From the NCBI GenBank assembly GCA_905178155.1, contig CAJINV010000004.1, positions 1,391,072 through 1,455,071 of the forward strand: DNA of 64,000 bases. Reading direction: 5' to 3'. Made by a program: the position numbers and the translations under genes. This document shows positions 24,465-37,191 of this stretch, in pieces. Every line of letters begins with the position of its first letter. The first letter of the stretch is position 1. This DNA is from Amoebophrya sp. A120. Its lineage: Eukaryota; Protista; Dinoflagellata. Under the pieces are notes generated by a model. That model worked only from the letters and a program-made list of their open reading frames with translations. It made no database searches and was not told where the DNA came from.

Positions 24465-27400
24465 ATGCCGACGGAGATCGAACTGCAACCGCTGACACCG
24501 GCGGTAGAGGAGAAGGCCAGCGGCAGCACGAAGCCTTTCCTCGAGGCCTGGAGCAACGTGAGAAGAGAGCACCCGATACTGAGCAGCTTGCTCATCTTCG
24601 TACCACTGGGATTTTACGCGCACCACGCACAGCTCGCCGACTATGAATGGGGAGAGTGGCTAGTTGTTTCTAGTCCTCCACCCGGAGGTCACTGTGTTGG
24701 TCTTGTGTTAGTGTAAGTAGTACGGTTTTGCTCTGATATTTCTTATGAATGGCACATCAAATGGTAGTGGTAATTTGGATCCCATATAATTCATGTTGCA
24801 TGTGGTGACTTTCTTACCCGCCACCAGCGAGAAGTGCTTACAATTTTCTTGCGCGCTGCAGAGAGAGACTGACGGAGATGAAGCACCGGCACCGTGACAA
24901 GAAAAGCCCTTTTCTCTCTATGACTTGCTCAAACGTTACAATCTCAAACGTTACAATAGAATCTGGAATTTGTGTTGCATGATGAGCATGACAGACTCGC
25001 ACAACGTTCCACCTTATGCAATACAAACTTGGCCAGATTGTAGTGGGGTTTGGGGCTCCGGAACTTGTCATGCGCAATTTCATGAGAGTTGGCTAGATCA
25101 TGCAGTCTTGCATCACAGATTTCCATATTCTATTGTAACGTTTGAGATTGTAACACCTGAGCGGGTTATACTCTCAATACCGCCGCATGGATCTTCACGC
25201 TCACCTTCTTGGGGATATTGCCGCTAGCATGGTATAGAGCACTTTTTTTTCACCTTCTGCTCTTTCTCCTCCTTATGCACGACAGTATATGCAGCTTATG
25301 GCTATGTGTATGCTTATTCCACACAACATACACGACCGCTGTTACAACTGAGAGAAGACGTTCGAGAAGTTTTTCTAAAATTTAGTGACAGCTCGTGACG
25401 AAAAATCTTCTCCACAACTTGTGTCAACGGAAAAAATTTTTTCTCAGGTTGATAGGGAAGACAACGGAGGACCTGTATCAAATGTAAAAATGTCTGGGTC
25501 TGGAAGAATGCAACTTGTCATGCTGAATCTGAAGCATGCAAAAATCTGTGTTGCGTGATTACCAAAAGATGTCCACTTTTGACCAGTTCGACAGGGAGTT
25601 TCTCATGCAGGATAGGCATGATAGAGATAGACACCTCACAGCGTTTGTCATGCTAGGTGTTGCATTCCAGGCCTCATGGGTCATGGAAGAACAGCATCAC
25701 AAATCTTGCATTCTTCCAGACCCAGACATTTTTGCATTTGATAACCTGGCGTCGCACACAAATCAAGTGTATCCTGGAGAAAAATAGTACTCGTGGCAGC
25801 GATAAGACTCTACGTGTTGTGATGTGCAGCGTGTGAATGCTTTCAGAATTGATTCTGCATGAGAATGAATGTACTGATCTCGTCTTGTTCAGAGGATGTA
25901 CTGAGGAAGACTCTCCATCAAACGACTAACTGTCATGATTTTATTCTAGACGAGCGAATGATTTCTCCAGGATACAGAACTGGGCGGGTTGGTCAACGCA
26001 ACCTTTGGAAACGTCGTGGAAATGCTTTTGTGTATAGATCCTTCTTTGGTTTTCTGTTTTTAGAAGTTTTATTGCAGGGGAGCTCGGCGTGTGCGTACTC
26101 TGTCATGCAATCACTATAACGCATGGGCATGAAGGCTAAAAATGTTTGCCTTTGCTCGCACGACGTCATCACTAGCACTACAGGCTGCAGCGGCATAATA
26201 CACGGCGAAATAACGGTGGTGCAGTGCACCTTGCTGGGGTCGATTTTGTCCAACCTGCTGCTGGTGATGGGCACGAGTTTCGTCTACGGCGGCTACTACC
26301 ACAAGCGACAGTTTTTCAATCAAGAGGGCGCAAAAGTCCAATCGTCGCTCCTGCTGCTGGCTTTGCTCACCCTGGCGCTGCCAATGATGTACTCGACACT
26401 GTCCAGCGAGGACACCACGTCTTATGCAAATGGAGATATTTGAAAGAGTGAAGAGCACTCGGCTAAGTAGTCGAAGCAGGCATGATGAGGAACCTCTTGC
26501 ACGGTGGCATGCGTCGAGAAGAGCAGAAAATTTGCTTGAGCTGCATGTTCATCGCTGGCAACACCAAACCTTGATTGTGTGGTGCGCTTGAGTACAAGAA
26601 GCTCACCTACTAGCGGGACATGGACTACACTCTTTTACTTTTTGCAGTTTCATACCTTCGAAAAGGAAGTTTTGTCGATGTCGAGGCAGGGCAGCATTCT
26701 TATGCTCGGCGTTTACGTGCAGTATTCTATGTGTTTATGCTTTTATTTTGGAATACATAGCCGGCGGGAGCAGCATGATGGAGGTTTTTTGCGCTTTTTC
26801 CATTTGCAGCACCATCCTGACAGAAAGGCAAAACCGTATATTTTACAGGTACTTATACTTCCAGATAATATCACACCAAGAGCTCTTCGAAGGAGGCGAT
26901 GATGATTATGGAATGACGATGATCATCACATGTTTTTGTGACGGCTCTGGATTTGTCATGGTGCTAATGCAGGGGTTTGTGTCCTAACCCTAAGGTACTA
27001 AAAGTAAGTGTGAAAAAAAGCAACATACAGCATGCGCGAACTTATTTTTCTGATGCACAGGAGCGCCATGATTTAGAATTTTGCAAATTTTGTACTTCAA
27101 TTGGAGATGCGAGCACGAAGAGGAACTTGCACAGTCCAGAAGCGGTGCTGAATCAAAACAATGTGCTCTTCGCCAACCACTTGATAAAACCGAAGAAGAC
27201 GAGGCTGACTTTGGATTTTGGGGCGCCATATCGCTCCTCGGGGTAGCGACCGTAGTGACCGCGATGCTGTCCGACTACTTGATACAGAGCATAGAACCGG
27301 CCGTGCTGTCCTTCGGGACGAGTAAGGAATTCATAGGTACAGTTTTCATTTTTATTTTTTCAGCACGTACTAAAGGGTGGCGCAACCATGCTATTTTTTT

Positions 27401-28775
27401 TCTTTTGTACGGCCATGATGTATGTTGACCTCAATAAACATAAACAGGTATCATAATACTTCCTATAATCGGAAACGCAGCGGAGCATTATGCTGGAAAA
27501 AACAAAGGGGAGTTACGTTTTTCTTGATAGCTAAGTTTCTTCGCGATGCATTATGAAGGGTGTAGTAGTATTTCGTACTTTTCTTGCTTACAATACTCTT
27601 GCTCGTCGTTGACCTGTCGTCACTTGAGGTCGGTGAACCAGCAAGACTAGAAATGAAACACCGAGAAGTAGATCATGCGTTGTCATAATTCCCTCTTTGC
27701 CCCCCCTCTCCATACCGGCTACACCGCAATCGTAATGGCCGGGAAGAACAAAATGGATCTGATATCAAAGTGAAAAATGCCCCCACCCCCAAACTTCGGA
27801 GCATTTGTATTGCAAACCTTTCTAAATGAAACATTCGCTCTCTTGCATCTATCAGCATCACAGATTTCCAATCGTGAATAGCAAAAAGTTGTATTGCAAA
27901 AGACCCCAGCTGCAAGAGCGGCGCTTGTCATGCAAGTGACGCAATACACGCCTAGACTCTACTGCATCAGAAAGATTCATACTTCTTTCATGCATGACAA
28001 AAAGTTTTCATCTGGAAACTTCGCATCACAAATTTTTGCGACTTTGGGGGCGGGAGCATTTTTCACTGTAATATCTGAGTCTCGGCGTTGCGGTCGGGTC
28101 CGGGTGCCAAATGATGCTGCTCGTGACGCCCCTGAGCGTGCTTGCCGGGTGGTTTGCAGACCAGCCCATGTCGCTCAATTTCCATCCTTTTTTATCAACG
28201 TGATCTTTATTCTAGGGAGTGGTCTTTTGATGCTGCTCTGCGTGAGGACAAGCATGTCCTGCTGGTTGAATTTTTTTTATGCGGCGTAATTTTTTTGCGC
28301 GGTGTGCATGTTGGTAGGAGACACGCACCGGGCTGTGTAGTCGACGAACTTGCAGGAGAATGGCATAGCACTAGAAGACCACGAGAAGTTTTGCTTTCCA
28401 TATTTTCAAGTTGCCGTGCTGCTGCTCTCGGTTCTGATCGTAAACACCATATTAGCGAACGGGGAGACAAATTGGTACAGGGTACTACATACGTTGATAT
28501 GATATATAATTGCATGACGAGGGCGTTGCAGCTGAAAGAAAGCAGTGCTTATATTTCTGATCCCGTCACTGTCACTCGGAAAGAAATTTGGAACAGTTTT
28601 TTTCCAACACCAAGCCCCCGTCATCTTACTTCACAACAGGCTCGAGGGGGTTATGTTGCTGAACGCGTATCTTTTTATTAGCATGATGTATTTTTGCGAG
28701 ACGCCGGAATCCGCAGATAAGGTCTACGAGGACGTGCGGCATCATAGCGCACCGGGGGCAGTCACCTCCGGGTAG
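24465..28775 (+). CDS. CAX: Ca2+/H+ antiporter (CAX family, CaCA superfamily), multi-exon
   Basis: Exons encode ILPLAW, LIGKTTEDLASHT, GGLVNATFGNVVEM (alpha-1 GNxxE), LLGSILSNLLLV, ILPIIGNAAEH (alpha-2), KNKMDLSLGVAVGSG and LEGVMLLNAY. Confidence 0.95.
24919..25170. mobile_element. Family D element (252 bp), TSD CTCTC, near the 3' end of the first CAX intron
   Basis: Inverted ends containing TTACAATCTCAAACGTTACAATAGAAT and its reverse complement. CTCTC on both sides. Confidence 0.88.
25476..25743. mobile_element. Introner family A (268 bp), TSD ACCTG, in CAX exon
   Basis: Near-perfect TIRs. Removal gives TTEDL-ASHTNQ. Confidence 0.95.
27763..28073. mobile_element. Introner family G (311 bp), TSD TCTGA, in CAX exon
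   Basis: TIR TATCAAAGTGAAAAATGCCCCCACCCCCAAA / TTTGGGGGCGGGAGCATTTTTCACTGTAATA. Removal restores KMDL-SLGVAVGS. Confidence 0.95.
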
Positions 28776-30777
28776 GAGCAAAACAAGGTGGGGAGGAAAA
28801 AAGGCGAAATAAAACCTAATGAAAATAAACCACTTTGAGGACGTAGAAAGTACAAGTGGTAGTTCCCTCACGTGATGATATTAGCCATCACGGATCGAAA
28901 AGACAAGCCATTGCAACATCAATCCGTAGAGCAGATTTGCTCGAAGCAAGGCTACAAGGCAGATTTTCACTTTTTCAATTACCATTTCACAGCAAACGAC
29001 AAAGAGAAGACTCTTAATTTCAATCCGTATTATATCATAGGTATTAGCAAACGCTGCAATAGCTTGTGGTGCCCTAGCGTACTGTGCGCCACAATAAGCA
29101 GCGGTATTCAATAATTATCCGTATTAGTAACATCAACCAAGAGTTAGAGTTTGCGAAATGCAAAAAAGTCACTTTTTCGGTGGCTAGTAAATCTAACGAA
29201 ATTTTGTATGCTACTTCTAAGTGGCAGTTCCATTTTCCAATCAAAAAATGCAACCTCCGTGGGCAAGAGCACGCAATTGCGGGGAGGTATTCATCTTGAG
29301 AGACGGCGGCCTCTGGAAAATACTACACTTATAGGATGTTATTCGATTATAACGCAAATGCACGCGAGGAAATGCTCCCGTCTGGTTTCGCTAAAAGTAG
29401 TTATTTTCTACTGCTTTTCGTCTACTACAAATGTACCCTATTCTTCGATTGTTAGCTGCAGCTGATAATCGTCTTCTATGATAAGAGAATACAGAATTTG
29501 AACTAGTTGTGCAAATTTGAGAAATCGAAACGCCGCCCTATGTACCTGTAAATAACTTTCGGTGATGCTATGGTTCTAGATGATTCAGTATTTTCAACAT
29601 CGAGAGGAAAATATTATGCAAAAACTCTTGTGCTGCGGCTCTTCGTACGATTTTATACATCATTCTGGTATTATAGCGACGTGCTAGGAGCTACTATCTG
29701 AAATTAAGAGAAGGGATCATCAGAAATGAACTTTTGCGCACATCACTTCGTCCAAATTGTAAATCTTTTTCGCTACTATGAGAGGCGAAGATATTAGCGA
29801 GGAAAGAATGCGCGCTGCTTGTAGCAAGAGCGTCTTGCCTTTTTGTACAAGAAGAATCAAGCAGATCGTTTCGCGTCGAGTTTTCGTCGTCAAGGAAACT
29901 GGGTGTCGGTTTCGTCAGTGAGCCGGGAAGAAGATGCATCTTTGCTTCAGTTTCGTTGTTCAAATGAATACAGTTGTGAGACAGCATCTAAATCTATCAC
30001 TACTGGAAGAACTGGCATCGAATTAAAGAACCCAAGAACTCCTACATGATAGATCGCAGCAGCTATTTTGCAGGGAGAGCGAGAGAGATGCATCCATTTT
30101 CCGCAGATCTACGCAATATTCCTAGTGATGTATGCAGCTTTGACGTCTTCGGTAGTATCTGGCTGTGTCGAAACTCCATGTTATTTTGAGCGGTGCAAAG
30201 ATCGCTAGAAACCTCGACCACCTGCTCGATTACACTCAAAATTCTTGGCCACACATTTTTTCTCTTCTCTTTACAATGATTGTCATCCCCAGCCTTAGTT
30301 GTTTTACCACAGCTCGTCGTGAATTGATTCTCGGCTTTAGGTCCTTCTGTAGTTTGCAGTCGTAGATGTTGCGGTCCTGCTGCTTAAAAATTTTTAGCAA
30401 ATGTAGCCGACAAGGACAAGAAGCAGAAGCTAGTAGGGTCACCTTGTCTACTACTGTGCGTGAACAACCTTCGACCTGGAAATTGTTTTCCTCAAATCCT
30501 TAGTTTTTTTTTGGCCGGGCTAGGGTACTAGTTTTGGACCGGCTGGGTACAACTTGATATCCAAAGAAGGAACTTCTCTGGGAAAACATTCCTTTATTTT
30601 GTCATTCTGTCATGGGACCCTCAACCTTTTGATACTGTTGGACAACGGACAGCCAAAAAATTTGTGGGTTGTTCTGCAACGAGAAATATTAAATCGGACC
30701 ATAACTGAATTTATCGATTTTCCCGCCTCCCACTCAATTATCATCCCCCGCTTGTCCTAAAAACAAAAAAGAAAAAC

Positions 30778-33700
30778 ATGGAAGTCGCAAAGAAGCAACA
30801 CCCCTCCGCGCCCTCCACACTAGTCTGCCGGTCCGCGGAATTGGAGTGCCACCGGTGCGGGGAGCACGTGGACCCGAAAATTGCGGTGACGTGCGAGAGA
30901 TGCGGCGACGTGTACCACCCCACGTGCTGCTTCCCGAGCCTCGTCAACTTCTCCGAGACGGACCTGAAGACGAAGTTGCCCCACTGGACCTGCGAGATCT
31001 GTCCCAACACGCGGCGCAAATGCGACCTGTTTTGCCTGCACTGCACGAAGAAGATCCCCCAGGGCGCCCCGCTAAAGGAGCGGCAGTGCGCGGAGTGCAA
31101 GGGGAACTTCCACCCGGCCTGTCTGGACCCATACAAGCACTGCAAGAAGTGCCAGTTCAAGATATTACAATGAAAACTGCCCCCAACGACCCAGAACTTG
31201 GAAGAATTTGTATTGCGAACCTTTCATTCCATGGAAGCATAAGCATTTCCCCCCTTCTTGCAGCTACCAGTATCAAAAATTTTCGATGCTGGATAGCTAA
31301 AATTTGTGTTGCTAAAGAGCTCGACGACAGCCGAACGTGTTATGCAGAGGGTTCCTTCCGCCTCCGCGAGCCGAGCGCGCCTATAGTCCTGTCACGCATA
31401 GACAAAGAGTTTCGCATTTGAAAACCTTATGCATCCGAAACTATTTCATTTTCAACTTCCGGAGAGGGGGCACTGTTCATCGTAATACAAGAAGACCAAG
31501 GTGCTGCGGCTTTGGTGCGTGGAGTTTGCCAAGCGCAATGGCAGCAACCGCTACCAGATGTACGTGCACGGCATTCTGAGCAAGACCGGCGGCCGGATCA
31601 TCACGCGCGGGATCGTCAGTTGCCAGTTCAAGAAGAACCAGCCCAAGACCCCGAAAGACGCGTGGCACGTGCGCGACAGTAAGAATTTATTTTTCCCGTG
31701 AGAATGGTGCGATAATCCATTATGTCGAAGTCATAATTTTGATTCATTAGCCATGGCGTCATCGTGTTAGGGATCATACATTCAACAGCGTTTCGTTTTG
31801 CAGGGCACTGACGACTACATGCGATTTTGGTCAAACGATGCGCTTCATGCAATATCAAATTCTTATTCTTCCTTACCCTAATTTGCATGTATGAGAATCT
31901 TCGCAACTTCTACGCCTGTCTGCAGGTGAAAACCAGTGGTACATCCTGGACATGTGTTTTCCGGAGCTGGTGACGCACCACCGACTGCACCCGCGGCTGG
32001 CGGACAGGCTGAAGCAGGGTGGCAAGATGGAGGTATCCAAGAAAAAACTGTTACAGTTTTTACACATATTTGTTGTAAACAACTTCCGCATCACAAACTT
32101 GCTTGGCATGACCGACAAAACTTGATGTAATGGAGAGATGATAAGGGAAAACACGTATCATGAAACTTCGCTCCTGTGCATAAGTATTTATCCCGCATGA
32201 CAGAGCAAGTCTCTGTTGCTTGATCTGCAGCGCAGTGTTTATACTGTAACACTATTTTCTTGCGATAGGAGGAGTACTTCAAGCAGTGGTGGCGGGTGAA
32301 CCCGAACGACCCGGACTACTCCGTTGTCCCCCCCGTGAAGCCGCGGCCCTGGGTGGATCGGCGGCGGCAGTCGGTGTCCCTGTTCAAGGGTCAGGCGTCG
32401 TTTGAGGACGTTTCGTTCGCGCAGCAGGTCTGGACCTCGTTCGCCTCCCACAAACTCTTTCCCTACGAATGCACGGGTAGTGACCACCTGATCACCGGCG
32501 CTGCTGGTTCATTTGCACCAGGGATTTTCTGCCCGGACAAAAGCTTTTTCGCCGAGAAAAACGTGCAGCCCGGAGCACAAAGCACGGCTGCTTCATCTGC
32601 GCCGGTGCAGAAGCAAAACCAAGCATCTTCTTCTTCGCAGGCACCAGTTCTCCGCCAGTACTGTTTGTTCAGTGCGGGAATCGAGTTGGGGTCGCGCTTC
32701 AAGGTGCAGTGGAACAATCAGGAGAAGGTGTTGCTGGAAATCACGAGTCTCAACCGGGAACGGAAACTTGGGAAGAGTGTCCGGTTTTGGTACAGGACCA
32801 ATAGAAGTCCTGCACCATCAGCATCCTCCTCCTCCTCGACCCAAATGACCAGCATTCTCTCGGCCGCCCTGGCGGACGACAGTGAGACGGAAAGAAGTAC
32901 TAGATGCGCTGACTGTACTAGTTCCAGCTGCTCTAGCTCTGAAGCAGGAGAAGGAGCTGCTTGCGGATCGTCGTCGATCTCACCTCTAATTTCCGGGAAA
33001 CTGTGGAACAGTGTGGACGAATTCATTGTGAAAGGAGCGGGAGCTGCTGCACAAACTGCGAGCTCGGAGGAAGCCACCAGTGCGCGCTTCGTTTTGAACT
33101 CGGCACTATGGGTGAAGGTATTGCAGATCAAAACGGAGCAGATGACTTCTTCATCCACCTCGTCCGGAAAAATCCAAATCAACAGCAGTAGTAGCTCGAA
33201 TAAACTTTACCCTGCTCCGTCCCGCGACGTTCTTTTCCCCCTCAACCTGGACACGTGGACGATGCTGAGCAACCAGCGGAGGATAAAGATGCTGGACCAG
33301 ACCAAGCGGACGTTCGTGTGGACGAAGGAGCTGGACGAGTTGTTGTTGAAGCTGACCCTTCCGGAATTGGTGGTGAAGCCGAGTTTCTCCTGGAAGCAGG
33401 TTTGCAACGAGGTGCTGCAGCGGGAGAGCGAGGCGATGGAGGAAAAAGCCGGGGTATCAAATGCAAAAGTGTCTGGGTCTGGAAGAATGCCAGATTTGTC
33501 ATGCAGGTTTTCCATGGCCCACGCACGCGGTCTGCAATGCAGCACCTAGCATGACAAATTCTGTGAGATCTCTATCATGCCTATCCTGCACGAGAAATTC
33601 CCTCTCAACTTGGTAAAAAAGGACGGCTGTTGGTAATCATGCAACACAGATTTTTTGCATGATTCAGATTTAGCATGACAAGTTGCAACCTTCCAGACCC

Positions 33701-36255
33701 AGACCACACATTTGCATTTGATACGGGGACACCGACTTCGATTTCACCGCGACCGCGTTGCTGGAGGAGGCGGAGGTGATCCATCGCCAGAGCGAGCTGA
33801 TGAAGGCGCTGGACCAGCAGAGAAACCGGAACACCAAGGAGCAGTTGCAGCAGCAGCAGAAAAACTCGAAGCGCAAGCAGGAAGAGGAGATCATGTCGCT
33901 GGAGGCGCGGAAGGTCGAGAAGATGGGGGACTGCGTGGCGAAGCAGCGGAAAGTGGAGTTGCTGATGCGCCAGGACCAGAGGAGCCGGAAACGGTTCTTC
34001 GACCCGTTTAAAACCATCCTGGAAGACAAGGAGTTGTCGAACGGCAGCAGCTCCGTTTTCATCCCGAAAACCGACGGAGTGGCGTTCGGGAAGAGAAACC
34101 GAAGTAAAATGATACAAGCAGCAAATCATGCAGCTGGAGGTAGTGCTAGCAGCAGTAGTGGTAGTAATTATGGGGCGATGACAAGGAATCTTCAGGAAGT
34201 AGATGGCAGCAACAGTGCGAATTCTTTCCACACCGCCAACAGTTTTTCTTGCGGGGGTGGTCCTCGTGGGCATCATCTTCTACATGGTGCGGGGGCCCAC
34301 CACGACAACAACCATGGGTCCGCTAGTAGTTCCTCCAGTAGTAGATATCGTCAGGAAAAATCCCCCCTCCCCATATCGAAAAGGTATCTTTCCGAAAATT
34401 TGTGTTGCTGATTTGAGTTCACAAATCACATTTGTCTTGCAAGAAGACAAGGGCAGAAGCTTCCGCCCCATTGTGGAAGCGATTTGTCATGCTGCTGGGC
34501 CTAAACGTCAGCCGTTTGCAATGCTGAGCAACTAGACCCATACGCCCCTACCTAGCCCGGGGATCTGGCCGCAATGCCTTCCTGCAATACAAATCTGACT
34601 TGTGTACGCAAATCCAGCATCACAGATTTCCTTTTCGATATGGGGTGGGGGCTTTTTTCACTTTGATAATAGAGGCGGAATGAACACGGTGCCCGCTAGT
34701 AGTTCCAGTGTAAACCCAACGCCAACGCTGGCGCCGCAAGAGGATGTCGTCATGGAGGACGTGGAGGGAGAGGATGTACGACGTCCTATCGAGGCAAAAA
34801 GAAACGGCGAGGGCGACGATGATCTTCACGAAAGAAGAGGACTACAAGCAGCGGACGGCGACAAAGACGACGGAGTAGGACTACAACTAGACGATCTCGG
34901 ACGGATACGTCTCAACAGTCGGGAACGCATCAACTCCCAAGGGGTGATTTCCACCTCCAGCATCTGTTACTTCGACGAGGAGACGAACCGGGAGGCGCCG
35001 GACAGTGGGGGAAAGCCAAGGAAATTGATCAGCAGCAGTTTGAAGAGTTTGAAGAGGAGCAGTCGGAAGAAGGAGGAGCTGCTGTTTCTTGCGAGGGAGA
35101 AAAATGACTCGCCTCCTTCGAAGGCGAAAGCAGACGGTTCGGATCGTGAAAACCACAATGATAAAGCCGCTCCCAGAACGCCGCCCTCCAAAAGGATAAG
35201 TGCCACCAGGCGAAAGAAGCAACAGGCACCGCATGATCCAGCGGGAAAAAACACCGCTCAGGAGGAAGAAGATCCGGAGATGCTGCGACTTATTCAAGCG
35301 GAGCTAGACGGTCCGAGACCGGTCGAAACTCTGGCCAAGGAGTCAATGACCCCGCCCTTGGTGTCCGACGTGCTCGATAAGCAACTTGCCCGGTTCAACG
35401 AGTTCAACTTCCAGGAGGACACAGGGTCGGACTCGGAGACCTCGAACAAACAAAGCGACGAGGACCTCGGGTGGAACAGCCCCAACGCGGAGCGGCGGCA
35501 CGAGATGAATGCGAAGTGGAAGCACGATATCCAGGAAAAAAACACCCATCCCCATCCAATTTGTCATGCCAACCATGCATAAGCTCCCTTGTTTGCCATG
35601 CAAAAAATGGATGGGGATGGGTGTTTTTTCCTGGATACACGAGTACCTGAAGAACGAAGCCAAGAACAAGAAGGTGACGCTGAAGCGGGAGCGGCAGGAA
35701 AAGGCGGAGCGCGAGAGAAGGAAGGCGCGGCGGGAGGCCGAAATGAAGGATGTACCGGACGCGCGGGAGTACTACAAAAAGCTTGCCCGGGACCAGCGGA
35801 AGCGCCGGAAGCTGGAAAACCGACTACTCGACAACGATGGCGCAGATGAGCACCATCACATCACCGCGGCCGCCTTGGCGGCTGTTTCGGACGACGAGGA
35901 CGAGGACGAAGCGGAAGAGGGGGGACAGGACGCAGATGATTTTGAGGACGTTATGAGAGTGGACATGTCGACGTCCCCCTTCTTCTTATTGATGTGATTG
36001 TGATCATGGTCATGCTCTTCTCAACTACATAAGGTCAGCTTGCGAAGTGGAGCTTTATTCGCATGGCAAATCCAAGCCAGCACTGCAGTGCAGTCTTTTC
36101 GGTAGTTGTCACGCAAATGCGGGCAAAGTGCCGTTATAGGATTTAGCATTTACCATGACAAATGGGAGGGGGAGCAGTAGTTGTACACTTTCATAGACGT
36201 CTTCGCCTTTCTCGACGGCACCGACGAAAATGGGCAGAAGTTGGAGGATTGGTAG
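30778..36255 (+). CDS. PHD-finger protein with long low-complexity and coiled-coil regions; six introners
   Basis: CHRC...CERC...YHPTC...WTCEIC (C4HC3) followed by a second CLHC...CAEC...FHPAC...CKKC finger. The frame continues to ...DVFAFLDGTDENGQKLEDW* after element removal. Confidence 0.8.
31163..31487. mobile_element. Introner family G, diverged (325 bp), TSD CAAGA
   Basis: TATTACAATGAAAACTGCCCCC / GGGGGCACTGTTCATCGTAATA. Removal gives CQFK-KTKVLRLW. Confidence 0.9.
32034..32267. mobile_element. Introner family I (234 bp), TSD GGAGG; also a canonical GT-AG intron
   Basis: TATCCAAGAAAAAACTGTTACAGT / ACTGTAACACTATTTTCTTGCGATA. Removal gives KME-EYFKQWW. Confidence 0.82.
33455..33723. mobile_element. 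Introner family A (269 bp), TSD CGGGG
   Basis: Family-A TIRs. Removal gives EEKAG-DTDFDF and joins ORFs 32296 and 33758. Confidence 0.95.
34346..34668. mobile_element. Introner family E (323 bp), TSD GTAGA/ATAGA
   Basis: Highly similar to 14383-14704. Removal gives SSR-GGMNTV. Confidence 0.92.
35528..35637. mobile_element. Introner family H (110 bp, smallest), TSD CACGA
   Basis: ~30-bp TIR TATCCAGGAAAAAAACACCCATCCCCATCCA. Removal gives KWKHE-YLKNEAK and resolves the apparent frameshift. Confidence 0.93.
35952..36195. mobile_element. Degenerate introner family J (244 bp), TSD GACGT
   Basis: TATGAGAGTGGACA / TGTACACTTTCATA with intact GACGT flanks. Removal gives FEDV-FAFLD. Confidence 0.78.
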
Positions 36256-37191
36256 AGCCGGAACGATATAAACAGGCACGACTTGTTGTTGCTGCTTCTT
36301 GAGAAAGGGTGCTCGAGCTAGGGAAGGAAGAAGAGGCTTTTAAGAATTCTGCTTCTTTGCCATTTTGCTTGAGAAAATATGTAATTTTCCGCGTCGTCGG
36401 TAGTTAAAGGCTTGCTTCCTTGTACCACTAGGGTGGTCGTGTAAGAATCTACTACCCCACCTGAGATGAAATAACTGGCGTTTACGTACTAAACCGCCTC
36501 ATTGGGAGGAAGTACAACTAGAAGAAGCGTTTGATTGATCCAGATCCACGTATAATTAGACGATTAGATGAACATCAAGAATTTGCCACGTATTATTCAT
36601 TGATACCACAAGCGGATGAAGTTTGAAAATCGAATGCTTCGGTTGAAAACCGAGCTGTTTGGATTTTCCCGAAAAAATAACTTCTGTCATCTTCCACCAG
36701 AAAAACTTGAACTGCAAAACGTCGATGTCGTAGTAGTCGCAGTAGAGCACCTGTGTGTCTACTGCGCCTTCCACTGCTGCCCTCTGGTACTTAGATACCC
36801 TCTTCCTCGAACTGTTTTGACGAAAAGGAAAAAGAGAAATAAACTGACGCGCAAAAGGAGAGAACAAGAATATTGAAGCGGGATGAAGTACACGATGTCG
36901 TTTTTACGAGAGATTCAGATTTTTCATCACTTCGGGAGAGAAGGAACAAAAAACGAAGATTAGCTTCAGCATATTAGCCATGATAGCATCGCGGACTAGT
37001 TGTAATTGAGAGTCTGGAAGTTTTTCCCTGCACCGACATTGCAGTGGTAGAGCAACCTCGCTCTCGAAGAGAAATAAAGGGAGCTAGAGCTAGAAGTAAA
37101 AAAGCAGTCGTCAGAACAGAGCTCGCTTTATCAAAAGAACTACAACGCGGTAAGTAGTGGTTAGTCGTTCCCAATAGACAATAACGTCATC

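Noticed and set aside
28780-30770. Short ORFs in this AT-richer tract as genes
   Set aside because: No coding-like composition or recognisable motif.
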